From Patescibacteria group bacterium (lineage in GTDB: Bacteria > Patescibacteriota > Patescibacteriia > UBA1558 > GWA2-36-10), in contig JAHJQF010000001.1 in the NCBI GenBank assembly GCA_018819405.1, positions 34,097 through 98,096 on the forward strand: 64,000 nucleotides of DNA, given 5' to 3'. Below the pieces are notes generated by a model that worked only from the letters and a program-made list of their open reading frames with translations, made no database searches and had not been told where the DNA came from. Shown in pieces: positions 54,874 through 64,000 of the stretch (within the stretch, counting starts at the first letter, position 1; each line of letters starts with the position of its first letter). The position numbers and the translations under genes are program-made.

Positions 54874-56796
54874 ATGAAAGAAATGAAAGATTCAACTGAT
54901 AGCCTACTGTCAGATAGTTCTGCCAATAGAAAAAAATCTAATCGCAGAAATACTGCTAGAAAAAATTATCAGAACAGAAACAAGAAAACAACCACAAAAA
55001 ACAATTCAAAGTTGGTTGCCAACCCGAGCGCATCGGGAACCCATACACCAGGAAAGAATACTGCCCAAAAAAGCAGCCACAAAAAATATCACCCAAAGAC
55101 CCAAAAAGCTAGCCCAATGCATTCTGTTGGCAACAAGCTAAGGATAATACCTATTGGCGGTTGTGAAGAAGTCGGACGAAACATGACTGTCTTTGAATAT
55201 GGCAGCGACATTGTAATAGTTGATATGGGATTGCAATGGCCTGAAGAAGATATGCCAGGTATTGATTATATTATCCCTAATGTAGAATATCTAAAAGGCA
55301 AAGAAAAAAATATCCGCGCAGTCATTATTACTCATGGTCACTATGACCACATTGGAGCTATACCTCATTTGATACCCAAATTGGGCAACCCAACTATCTA
55401 TGCCACTCCTCTAACTCTAGGCATAATTGCCAAAAGACAGGAAGACTATAGGGGCAATCCACCGCTCAAGTTAAAATCTATTGATACTAACAGCAAACTG
55501 GTTTTGGGAAAATTCAAAGCTTCATTTTTTGGAGTCAGTCACAACATCCCAGGGTCAGTAGGTGTAGTTTTGGAAACTCCAATTGGCAAGGTGCTACACA
55601 CCGGAGATTTTAAAATTGATGCCAAGGCATCAGGAGATGCTCCGACTGAAATCGCCAAAATAAAAGCTTTGGGACGTCAAAATGTCCTAGCCCTAATGGC
55701 AGACTCAACTAATGCCCCAGAAGTTGGCCGTCAGCTGACTGAAGGAGATATCCAGACAAACATTGATGAGATACTAAAACAAGCCAAAGGACGTATCATA
55801 GTTGGTACCTTTGCCTCACTTCTCGGACGTATCCAACAAATCCTCTGGGCTGCAGAAAAAATAAATAAAAAAGTAGTCATAGAAGGATTTTCTATGAAAA
55901 GAAACGTAGAGCTGGCCCAACAACTGGGCTATATGAAAGTCAAAAAAGGCACCATCATCCAACTCAAGGACATGAAAGACTATCCGGATAATAACATTAT
56001 TATTATGTGTACTGGCGCTCAGGGTGAAGACAATGCTGTGCTTATGCGTATTGCTACCGGTGAGCACAAAAAACTCCATGTAGAACAAGGTGACACTATT
56101 GTCTTTTCATCGTCTGTTATACCTGGCAACGAAAGGTCTGTCCAAAGATTAAAAGATAGTCTATACAGAAAAGGAGCCGAGGTCATCCACTATAAAATGA
56201 TGGATGTCCATGCCGGTGGTCATGCCAAACAAGAAGATTTGTTTGATATGATAAAGATGGTCCAACCAATGTACCATATCCCTGTCTATGGAAATCACTC
56301 TTTCTTAAAAATCCATGCTAAGATTGCCCAGAGAGCCGGCATTCCTCTAAATAGAATATTTGTACCCGACAATGGGCAAGTCATAGAATTTGACAGCCAA
56401 AGAAATGGTAAGCTACTCAAAGAAAAAGTACCGTCTGAATATGTGTTTGTAGACGGTCTGGGAGTTGGTGATGTATCACACATTGTACTACGCGACCGTC
56501 AAATGATGGCAGCCGATGGTATGGTAGTAGTGATTGCCACAGTTTCAAGCAAAACTGGCAAGCTAGTTCACTCGCCTGATATAATATCGCGTGGTTTTAT
56601 CTATATGAGGGAAAACAAAGAAATGATAGAGGCCATCCGAACTAAAATAAAAAACATCATAAATGAACACAACAAAACCAACGGCAAGATAAATGATGTC
56701 TACGTCAAAGAAGCTCTGAGAAACGAGTTGGGACAATTTATTTTTCAAAAGACAAAACGTCGTCCGATGGTCTTACCAGTTATCATAGAAGTCTAA
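54874..56796 (+). CDS. rnj: Ribonuclease J with basic disordered N-terminus
   Basis: IPIGGCEEVGRNM, THGHYDHIG, HTGDFK, HAGGH and RRPMVLP. Confidence 0.96.
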   Translation: MKEMKDSTDSLLSDSSANRKKSNRRNTARKNYQNRNKKTTTKNNSKLVANPSASGTHTPGKNTAQKSSHKKYHPKTQKASPMHSVGNKLRIIPIGGCEEVGRNMTVFEYGSDIVIVDMGLQWPEEDMPGIDYIIPNVEYLKGKEKNIRAVIITHGHYDHIGAIPHLIPKLGNPTIYATPLTLGIIAKRQEDYRGNPPLKLKSIDTNSKLVLGKFKASFFGVSHNIPGSVGVVLETPIGKVLHTGDFKIDAKASGDAPTEIAKIKALGRQNVLALMADSTNAPEVGRQLTEGDIQTNIDEILKQAKGRIIVGTFASLLGRIQQILWAAEKINKKVVIEGFSMKRNVELAQQLGYMKVKKGTIIQLKDMKDYPDNNIIIMCTGAQGEDNAVLMRIATGEHKKLHVEQGDTIVFSSSVIPGNERSVQRLKDSLYRKGAEVIHYKMMDVHAGGHAKQEDLFDMIKMVQPMYHIPVYGNHSFLKIHAKIAQRAGIPLNRIFVPDNGQVIEFDSQRNGKLLKEKVPSEYVFVDGLGVGDVSHIVLRDRQMMAADGMVVVIATVSSKTGKLVHSPDIISRGFIYMRENKEMIEAIRTKIKNIINEHNKTNGKINDVYVKEALRNELGQFIFQKTKRRPMVLPVIIEV

Positions 56797-56811
56797 ACAA
56801 ATTTAAACTTA

Positions 56812-56848
56812 AAAACACCCGTCGGGTTGGAGACCGGACGGGTGTTTT
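56812..56848 (+). terminator. rnj terminator
   Basis: aaaacacccgtc...gacgggtgtttt. Confidence 0.8.
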
Positions 56849-56950
56849 ATTATTATAATTGACAAAAAAAATATAATAAGCTATATTAGCCTGTTTTGAG
56901 ATTGGATAAGTCGTAGACCTGTCAGACCATCCCTAAACTGGAGGAATACA

Positions 56951-57541
56951 ATGAAGTTCTTGATTCTCACTACCCTGATCTTTCTGTCCATTTCCATGCC
57001 TACCCTGGCTGGAGACTCGGTCGGCATCGAGATGCACGCGGATTCGCCAGTCATCATCTTCGCCGACAAGTATGTCAGTGACCACTCCATGATCCACCTC
57101 TGGGCCGTGCCTGGCGTCCAGACCAACTTGCTCTTCCGTATGGGGTCAAACCCCTACAAGATCCTCAAGAAATGTGAATTTGGCCTGGGACCGAGCTTTG
57201 CTATCGTCGATGACCACGAAGTCTGGGCTTACTATGACCTAGAACTGGACACTAAAATCCAACTGGGTCAACTCACTTGGATAGGCTATCGACTTGGACA
57301 ACTTGCCCGCTACAACAGCCTGCAAGACAATTCGCTCCTGCGTGAGCAACTCTTCTGGGGAGATTTTCCTCTGGGAGTGATTGGCAACAACCTGTTCGCC
57401 GATAGTGCCAAACCCCGTTGGTTTTGGGGCGCGGTCTATAGTTTGGGCCGGACAGCATACTTCGGCACCAACAAGATCTTTATCACGGTCAACCTGGCCA
57501 ATACTAACGAAGTTTGGGCCGCCTGGCTTCTCGAAATCTAG
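56951..57541 (+). CDS. Secreted hypothetical protein on a GC-rich islet
   Basis: Signal peptide and GGAGG SD; TTGACA-N17-TATATT promoter (56859-56887); 12-bp GNRA-capped terminator at 57559-57586. Confidence 0.75.
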   Translation: MKFLILTTLIFLSISMPTLAGDSVGIEMHADSPVIIFADKYVSDHSMIHLWAVPGVQTNLLFRMGSNPYKILKKCEFGLGPSFAIVDDHEVWAYYDLELDTKIQLGQLTWIGYRLGQLARYNSLQDNSLLREQLFWGDFPLGVIGNNLFADSAKPRWFWGAVYSLGRTAYFGTNKIFITVNLANTNEVWAAWLLEI

Positions 57542-57711
57542 ACGGCAACCAGACATCACGGCTCGGTGACGCAAGTCACCGAGCCGCTTATTTTTATCCA
57601 AAAACTATATTTGCCTTTAGGCTATATTTAAGATAAAATATAATTAATAGCGTAAAAATCTCATATTAATAAAAACTAGCCGCTGAAACATATTCAGCCT
57701 GACAAACAATT

Positions 57712-58665
57712 ATGAAAACATTATTTTCCGGCATCCAGCCAACTGGCAATCTGCACTTGGGCAATTATCTAGGAGCTATCAAAAATTGGGTAGAGTTACA
57801 AAAAAAATATAACTGTATTTTTTCAATTGTTGACTTGCATGCTTTGAGTTCCAATATCACAGCCCAAGAAATACGAAAAAACATTTTTGATTTGGCAGTA
57901 GATCTAATTGCTCTGGGCATTGACCCAAAAAAATCAATTTTATTTCAGCAGTCCAAAGTAGCTGAGCACACTGAACTGGCTTGGATATTTAATTGTATTA
58001 CGCCTGTATCTGAACTGGAAAGAATGACTCAATTCAAAGACAAAGCCAAAGAGCAGTCTAGTAATATTAATGCCGGGTTATTTGATTATCCAGTCTTACA
58101 AGCAGCTGATATATTACTTTACAAAGCCGAGGCTGTCCCGGTTGGCGAAGACCAGATACAGCATGTAGAATTGACACGCATCATTGCCAAAAAATTTAAT
58201 AACCGCTTTGGCCAATATTTCCCCGAAGCCCAGGCAGTCCTTTCTCCCGCCAAAAGAGTTATGTCTTTAAATAATCCTGACAAAAAAATGAGCAAATCTC
58301 TAGGCGAAGCCAGTTATATTGCTATCAGAGATAGCCGAGACACAATAAGCAAAAAAATAAAAAAAGCAGTTAGCGACGAACAGGGCACAAAAAATCTACT
58401 AGAACTATATAGCTACTTTGGCGACAAGAAAAAACATACCCAAATGACCAAAGACTTTTCTGCTAGAAAACTTATGAACTCTCAGCTAAAAGATGAACTG
58501 ACAATATCTGTCCTAAAATTCCTAGAGCCTATTCAGAAAAAAATATTAATATTAGAAAAAAATCCAGCCAAGGTAAACAAAATACTAGATGATGGAGCAA
58601 AGAGGGCTCAAAAAATCGCCAGCAAAAATATGTCGACCATCAGAAAATTAATTGGTATTAGATAA
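57712..58665 (+). CDS. trpS: Tryptophan-tRNA ligase (housekeeping copy)
   Basis: FSGIQPTGNLHLGNY, YPVLQAADIL, VPVGEDQ and KMSKS; host-like base composition. Confidence 0.96.
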   Translation: MKTLFSGIQPTGNLHLGNYLGAIKNWVELQKKYNCIFSIVDLHALSSNITAQEIRKNIFDLAVDLIALGIDPKKSILFQQSKVAEHTELAWIFNCITPVSELERMTQFKDKAKEQSSNINAGLFDYPVLQAADILLYKAEAVPVGEDQIQHVELTRIIAKKFNNRFGQYFPEAQAVLSPAKRVMSLNNPDKKMSKSLGEASYIAIRDSRDTISKKIKKAVSDEQGTKNLLELYSYFGDKKKHTQMTKDFSARKLMNSQLKDELTISVLKFLEPIQKKILILEKNPAKVNKILDDGAKRAQKIASKNMSTIRKLIGIR

Positions 58666-58668
58666 TAT

Positions 58669-58711
58669 AAAAATGACCTTCGAGGTTGGTTCAACCTCGA
58701 AGGTCATTTTT
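58669..58711. repeat. Nested palindrome (REP-like), probable trpS terminator
   Basis: aaaaatgaccttcgaggttg-gtt-caacctcgaaggtcattttt. Confidence 0.8.
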
Positions 58712-58725
58712 TATACAAAAAGAAA

Positions 58726-58757
58726 GCCCCGGGTGTCAAATGTTTGACACACGGGGC
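58726..58757 (-). terminator. GC-rich hairpin downstream of the candidate DGR target gene
   Basis: gccccgggtgtcaaa-tg-tttgacacacggggc followed by a T-rich run on the minus strand. Confidence 0.75.
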
Positions 58758-58809
58758 GAGTTGCACACTTCTACTTCAGCTCAAGGGAAAGAGATGAAAG
58801 TTGAAAGTG

Positions 58810-59499
58810 TTAGGAAATTACCTGGCGGGCGCGCACAATGCCACCGGCACCGTTAGGACTGAACCAGTCGATGATGTGGAGCCTGCCGCCGTCAGCATCC
58901 CACCTGACGCCCAGCACGCCGCCATCGCGGTCGTACGAACCAGCGCACATGGTGATGTTGCTGACATCCAGATGCTGACCAGTTTCCGACCAGTACTTGA
59001 GCTCGAGCACCAGACGCTCAAGCAGGGTAATGGCGTTGACGCCCTGCTGTTTCAGCTGGTTAGCCGAAAGGCTCTTGAGTTCCTCGTCGGCCTCCACCCG
59101 CTCGCGCAGACGAATCGCGTAGCTCTTATCCGACTGGCGGATGTTCTCGACGATGTCCTTGTCCAGGTTGTCCTCGTGGCTCCAGGCCGGGAACTGCTTG
59201 CGGATGGCCTCGAGCACATCGTTGAGCTTCAATCCCTTGGGGATGAAAATGACGCGGTCAAAGTCGCCGGGATTGAGAGCGATAGTGACTCCGTAGAAGT
59301 CCACCACGAGCCGGAAGTACTTGCGGTAGAACTCTTCCCACTCGCCACCGATATCGGTGATGGCGAAAGGATCCTGACGCTGAAGGAAAAGCTCCAGCTC
59401 ACGCACGGTTATAACACCATGCCGTAGTTTGTGCATCAGGTCTGCCAGCAAACCAAGCACCTTGCCCGGTAAGCTACCGATCACTTGCTTCTTGCTCAT
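58810..59499 (-). CDS. Hypothetical protein, candidate DGR target (CLec-like C-terminus)
   Basis: GC-rich islet with SD; ITLLERLVLELKY..ETGQHLD...TMCAGS...W...W........RARQVIS; NNY-biased 3' codons. Confidence 0.65.
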   Translation of the reverse strand: MSKKQVIGSLPGKVLGLLADLMHKLRHGVITVRELELFLQRQDPFAITDIGGEWEEFYRKYFRLVVDFYGVTIALNPGDFDRVIFIPKGLKLNDVLEAIRKQFPAWSHEDNLDKDIVENIRQSDKSYAIRLRERVEADEELKSLSANQLKQQGVNAITLLERLVLELKYWSETGQHLDVSNITMCAGSYDRDGGVLGVRWDADGGRLHIIDWFSPNGAGGIVRARQVIS

Positions 59500-59667
59500 G
59501 ATCAGCTTCCTTTCATTGATGTTTTAGGTACTTACCCCGGCCTATTCCGAAGTAATAAATAATATTGCTACAGATTACAAATTTTGTCAATAATAAATAT
59601 ATACCAATATCAATTGGTTACTTAATATTAAATAAAGTTAAAGAGGGGTATTTTTTGTTATCTAAAA

Positions 59668-59708
59668 ACCTCCCCTGTTAAGGGGAGGTGCCCAAAGGGC
59701 GGAGGGGT
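59668..59708. repeat. REP-like double hairpin
   Basis: acctcccct-gtta-aggggaggt followed by gccc-aaa-gggc ggaggggt, directly after the ldh stop. Confidence 0.7.
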
Positions 59709-60628
59709 TAATTTACAGACTTAATGGCTTTTTTTAGCACTTTGGCTGATTTGATAAAACTAGCTTTTTCCTCTTTGGAAAGGTCTAGGGGCAACTGACC
59801 CATCACACCATGCCGGCCCAATATCACTGGTGTACTCAAACAAACATCTTTTACACCATAAACATTTTCTATCAAGTGAGACACGGGTAAGACCATACGC
59901 TTGTCATGTAAAATTGACATGATTATATTAGCGGCAGCCGAACCAATCCCGTAATAGGTAGATTGCTTACCGGCAATAATAGCATAAGCGGCATTTTTGG
60001 CTTTGGTAAATATATCCTCCTTGTCTTTTGTGCTAAGACGCTTATAAGTATCAAGGCTGATATTGCCAAGTCTGGCACTACTCCAAACTGGGAATTCACT
60101 ATCACCATGCTCTCCCATGATATAAGCATGAATACTCTGAGTACTTATATTGAGTTTGTCACTTAAAAGATGCCTAAATCTAGCTGTATCAAGAGTAGTA
60201 CCACTACCAATTATTTGATTTTTCTTGTTGGGAAACATTTTTATAGCCATATATGTCAAAACATCTACGGGATTGGTAATCATAAGTATCACGGCCTTTG
60301 GATTGGCCTTAAAAACCTGAGGAACTATGTCTCTTATTATTTTGGTATTTTTGCTAATCAAATCCAGACGAGTTTCACCTGGTTTTTGAGCAGCTCCACA
60401 GGTAATCACAACCACACCACTATCTTTGCAGTCACTATAGGTACCCACTTTGATATTTGTATTTCTAGTAAAAGGAGCGGCGTGCTGCAAATCCATTACC
60501 TGAGCTTTGGCCAATTTTTTGTTGACATCAACCAAAGCAATCTCCTCGGCAATATCTTGGACCACCAGACTATAAGCCGTAGTAGAGCCTACCATACCGG
60601 CTCCTATAATTGTCACTTTATTTTTCAT
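59708..60628 (-). CDS. ldh: L-lactate dehydrogenase
   Basis: IIGAGMVG, AQKPGETRLDL, TNPVD, LDTAR and GEHGDS. Confidence 0.95.
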   Translation of the reverse strand: MKNKVTIIGAGMVGSTTAYSLVVQDIAEEIALVDVNKKLAKAQVMDLQHAAPFTRNTNIKVGTYSDCKDSGVVVITCGAAQKPGETRLDLISKNTKIIRDIVPQVFKANPKAVILMITNPVDVLTYMAIKMFPNKKNQIIGSGTTLDTARFRHLLSDKLNISTQSIHAYIMGEHGDSEFPVWSSARLGNISLDTYKRLSTKDKEDIFTKAKNAAYAIIAGKQSTYYGIGSAAANIIMSILHDKRMVLPVSHLIENVYGVKDVCLSTPVILGRHGVMGQLPLDLSKEEKASFIKSAKVLKKAIKSVN

Positions 60629-60646
60629 ATATTTTTATTTTAGCTT

Positions 60647-61450
60647 TTAATTTAATTTTATTGTCTGTGATTCTATCTTGCGACCCAAAAATTTTTCAGC
60701 GGCCTTATTAAATTTTTCACTACTATTGGTAGTCAAAAATATTCTTTTTGGATCTTTGCTTGTCTTGGCATATTGACTGTGCCGTTTGAGATACTCAGCC
60801 AGCTTGTCAGCGACTACCTGACCGCTGTCCAATATTTTTACTTCCAATCCAAAATTGCGGGCAATAATGTCGTGTAAAAATCCATAATGTGTACAGCCCA
60901 AAACTACTATATCTGGATTTTCTTTTTTCAGGGGTCTGACATATTCAGTTACAGCCATTTTGGTTTCAGGCTGATCTTCACGCGACTCCTCTATCAACGG
61001 CACAAGCAAGGGGCAAGCTTGTTGAAATACTTTTATATTTGGATCAAGATTAGCAAATTCATGCACATAAGCCTTTGATTCTATGGTGCTGGTGGTACCC
61101 ATGACCGCTACTTTACGATTTTTACTTAGCTCGCCGACAGCTTCTGCCAGTGGCCTGATAACTCCCAAGACATTTTTGTCAGGATATTTTTGAGGCAAAT
61201 ATTCCTGTTGGATGCGGCGCAGCGCCATAGCAGAAGCAGTATTGCAAGCAAAAATAATAAGGCTGCAACCTTGTGAAAATAAATAATCTATGGCTTCTTT
61301 GGCGTATTTAAAAATCACAGCCTGGCTTTTATCTCCATAAGGAGCCCTAGCATTATCACCCAAATATATATAATCGTACTGAGGCAATTTTTTTTCAATA
61401 TCTTTAAATATTGTCAGGCCTCCGTAGCCAGAATCAAATACTCCAATCAT
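60647..61450 (-). CDS. murI: Glutamate racemase
   Basis: GVFDSGYGGLT, ACNTAS and LGCTHY. Confidence 0.97.
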   Translation of the reverse strand: MIGVFDSGYGGLTIFKDIEKKLPQYDYIYLGDNARAPYGDKSQAVIFKYAKEAIDYLFSQGCSLIIFACNTASAMALRRIQQEYLPQKYPDKNVLGVIRPLAEAVGELSKNRKVAVMGTTSTIESKAYVHEFANLDPNIKVFQQACPLLVPLIEESREDQPETKMAVTEYVRPLKKENPDIVVLGCTHYGFLHDIIARNFGLEVKILDSGQVVADKLAEYLKRHSQYAKTSKDPKRIFLTTNSSEKFNKAAEKFLGRKIESQTIKLN

Positions 61451-61453
61451 TTA

Positions 61454-62203
61454 TTATTTTTTATTGGCCATTCCTTCAAAAGCCCTTAACACTTCCAACG
61501 GTAGAGCAAATACCACGGTGTTTGATTGATCTGATGACAAATCATTGATAGATTGCAAAGTCCTCAGATGTAAAGCGCCTTGTGCGCCAGCTAGAGTTTT
61601 GGCTGCCTTAGCCATATTTTCAGCAGCAATCACCTCTCCCTCAGCTTTGATAATTACCGCTCGTTTTTCACGCTCAGCTTCGGCCTGCTTAGCAATTGTC
61701 CTCTGCATGTCCTTTGGTAATTCAATGTGTTTGAGATCAACAGAAACTATTTTGATTCCCCAAGGATCGGTAGCGGCATCAACAATCTGTTGAATACGAT
61801 TAGAGATTTGATCACGTTTGCCAAGCAACTCATCAAGGGATACTTCGCCGACTACATCACGCATAGTTGTTTGAGCCAATTGGCTGGTGGCATAGAAAAA
61901 ATCTTCTACTTCCAAAAAAGCTTTTTCAACAGCAATTACTTTATAGTACAAAACTGCATTCACATTGACCGTGACATTATCTTTGGTAATGGCATCCTGA
62001 TCAGGTACATCAACTGCTTTTACCCTAATATCTACTTTATGCATGCTTTGAAAAATCGGCCAGACAATACGCCACCCAGGCTCAACAGTACATAAGTATC
62101 GACCTAAAATAAATTTTATTCCTCTTTCATACTGATTGACTTGCCTGATAGAAATCAATACCAAAAATATGGCAAAGACAATCAAAAAAATTAAAAATGG
62201 CAT
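61454..62203 (-). CDS. SPFH/slipin (stomatin-like) protein
   Basis: QDAITKDNV, LAQTTMR and QAEAEREKRA. Confidence 0.93.
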   Translation of the reverse strand: MPFLIFLIVFAIFLVLISIRQVNQYERGIKFILGRYLCTVEPGWRIVWPIFQSMHKVDIRVKAVDVPDQDAITKDNVTVNVNAVLYYKVIAVEKAFLEVEDFFYATSQLAQTTMRDVVGEVSLDELLGKRDQISNRIQQIVDAATDPWGIKIVSVDLKHIELPKDMQRTIAKQAEAEREKRAVIIKAEGEVIAAENMAKAAKTLAGAQGALHLRTLQSINDLSSDQSNTVVFALPLEVLRAFEGMANKK

Positions 62204-62221
62204 AATATTTTATGTTAATTA

Positions 62222-63625
62222 TTATTGTTTTCTTTCTGAAAAATCTATCAAGCTCTCTAACTCTTTTACTTTTTCAGCCAAGATATCTGGAGAGTCTGCC
62301 TCTACTGTCAGACGAAGAAGTGGTTCGGTATTGGAAGGACGGACATTGAACCACCAATCTTTGAATTCTACGGTAATTCCATCAATTTCATCTATAATGT
62401 TTTCTTTATAGGTGTTTCTAAATTTTTCCAACTCTATTTCAATATTGTTTACCACAAAATTGAGCTCATTACTCTTGTAATATAGGTTATAATCTTTCAT
62501 TATTTCTGATATCAAGCGCCCGTCTTGTGATATTGCCTGCAAAATGAGTACCATAGCAATAAAAGCATTATCAGCATAATAATTGTCTCTAAATGCAAAG
62601 TGGGCTGACACCTCGCCACTCATAATACCCTGCTCTTCTCGCATATGGCGAGCCAGATTCAAATAACCCACCTCACTTCTGATTGGCCTACCGCCCCATT
62701 TACTTATCAAATCTTTAACCGAATGAGTGCTAATAAGATTGTAAACAATACCAGCCCCCGGATTGTTTTCCAACATCGGTTTTATCATTGGGATAAGTGT
62801 CATATCACCTTTATAAAGTTTACCTTTCTCATCCAGGAGATTGACCCTATCGCCATCTACATCACAAATAAAACCAAAGTCTGCTCCGATTTCTTTTATC
62901 TTGGCGGCCAACTTATCTGGTGCTCCAGCAGTCAGTGGATTTGGCGCTCGGTTGGGGAAATTTCCATCCGGTTCTTTGAACATCAAAGTAAGCTCACCAG
63001 GCAACTGTTTAAAAATCTCCTCTACCATTTGCCCATTCATGCCATTACCTACATCAACTACCACCTTAAGCGGCTTGATTTTTTTGACATCTACAAAAGA
63101 CATAACATGTGCCAAATGATCGGCCAAAATATCTTTTTTGCCAATTTTTCCTGGCACCTTTTCATCAGCCAACGGGAAATCCAACTCCTGCATATACTGT
63201 AGTATTTCTTTACCCGAAAGAAAATCAATACTATCTGCATATTCAATATTAGCATAAGCCAATTTGCAACCGCCATATTCTGGCGGATTGTGAGAAGCGG
63301 TGGCAAAAAAACCACCGTCGTATTTGTACCTGCCGACAGCAAAATAATAATCATTGATAGACTGCATACCAATATTATCTATAGTCACTCCATACTCCAA
63401 AAATATTTTTACTGCTTCATCAAACAATGCTTGAGATGATTTTCTGCAGTCATAACAAACCACCATCTTCAAATCTTTTATGGGCTTGCCCAATTTATCT
63501 GACAAAAATTTAATATAAGCCTGGGCAATCAAATTGATAGCCTGTTCATTCATCTGCGAAGGATAAATACCACGGAAATCGTATGACTTGAAAATACTAG
63601 TATCAATGTTTTCTAGATAAGACAT
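62222..63625 (-). CDS. Phosphomannomutase/phosphoglucomutase
   Basis: FKSYDFRG, TASHNP, DVDGDR, GEVSAH and RPSNTEP. Confidence 0.95.
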   Translation of the reverse strand: MSYLENIDTSIFKSYDFRGIYPSQMNEQAINLIAQAYIKFLSDKLGKPIKDLKMVVCYDCRKSSQALFDEAVKIFLEYGVTIDNIGMQSINDYYFAVGRYKYDGGFFATASHNPPEYGGCKLAYANIEYADSIDFLSGKEILQYMQELDFPLADEKVPGKIGKKDILADHLAHVMSFVDVKKIKPLKVVVDVGNGMNGQMVEEIFKQLPGELTLMFKEPDGNFPNRAPNPLTAGAPDKLAAKIKEIGADFGFICDVDGDRVNLLDEKGKLYKGDMTLIPMIKPMLENNPGAGIVYNLISTHSVKDLISKWGGRPIRSEVGYLNLARHMREEQGIMSGEVSAHFAFRDNYYADNAFIAMVLILQAISQDGRLISEIMKDYNLYYKSNELNFVVNNIEIELEKFRNTYKENIIDEIDGITVEFKDWWFNVRPSNTEPLLRLTVEADSPDILAEKVKELESLIDFSERKQ

Positions 63626-64000
63626 TTATTTGTGTTCTTTGTTAATTTTAAATAAATAAGCAAAATTACCCCAAGCAATAATATAAACTATCATAATAAA
63701 GAAAAATCCAACCAGAGGAATCTTGCCAATCAAGATATAAAGCAAGGCGCCAAAAGATATAAGTCCCAAAGGCGACCATTTATATTTTTTCAACAATCTT
63801 TCTTTGACTGTATTACCCAAAAGCCAAGCACCCATTACTTGAGCCAAATAAAGACCAATCAACCAAGCACCCATTATAATCATTGCTAAAGGCAGCCCAA
63901 TGACAGTAATAGCGATTAGCAAACAAGCTAAAGGAGTAACTACTAAAAGCAAAATACCTTTCAAGAGTGTTCGGACACTGTGTTTTTTGGTTCTATTGTA
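63626..64000 (-). CDS. Membrane protein, C-terminal part (5' end outside the window)
   Basis: Frame open to base 64000; ITVIGLPLA...IPLVG multi-TM segment. Confidence 0.7.
   Translation of the reverse strand, partial: YNRTKKHSVRTLLKGILLLVVTPLACLLIAITVIGLPLAMIIMGAWLIGLYLAQVMGAWLLGNTVKERLLKKYKWSPLGLISFGALLYILIGKIPLVGFFFIMIVYIIAWGNFAYLFKINKEHK

Noticed and set aside
58801-59427. 208-aa plus-strand ORF
   Set aside because: Antisense shadow of the GC-rich gene at 58810-59499, which has an SD, promoter and terminator.

Overview
AT-rich bacterial chromosomal segment. Gene content, small tightly packed genes, few Shine-Dalgarno sites and typical secreted-protein families suggest CPR/Patescibacteria (inference). 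The housekeeping backbone includes rpoD-dnaG, ogt, ahcY with adenosine kinase, msrB, ppsA, groES-groEL with a perfect CIRCE, uvrA, secG, rnj, trpS, ldh, murI and a phosphomannomutase. There are seven intact tRNA genes and a restriction-modification locus at the left edge (Dam-type MTase, DUF262/DUF1524 protein, PD-(D/E)XK nuclease, second MTase). The most notable item is a GC-rich five-gene operon in an island downstream of tRNA-Ser (32.4-37.1 kb). It encodes an extra intact TrpRS, an APH-like kinase, a nucleotidyltransferase, an archaeal-type TrpRS paralog with a rewritten substrate pocket and a 4-Cys Fe-S motif, and a HAD phosphatase. This is a candidate aminoacyl-nucleotide/tRNA-directed pathway with a self-resistance gene. 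Also notable are duplicated tRNA 5' halves (Ser, Asn) interrupted by small palindromic insertions, with GIY-YIG genes at the Asn locus; a likely remote DGR target gene; and pervasive leaderless promoter architecture contrasting with SD-bearing GC-rich islets. All product calls come from motif recognition by eye; no database searches were run.
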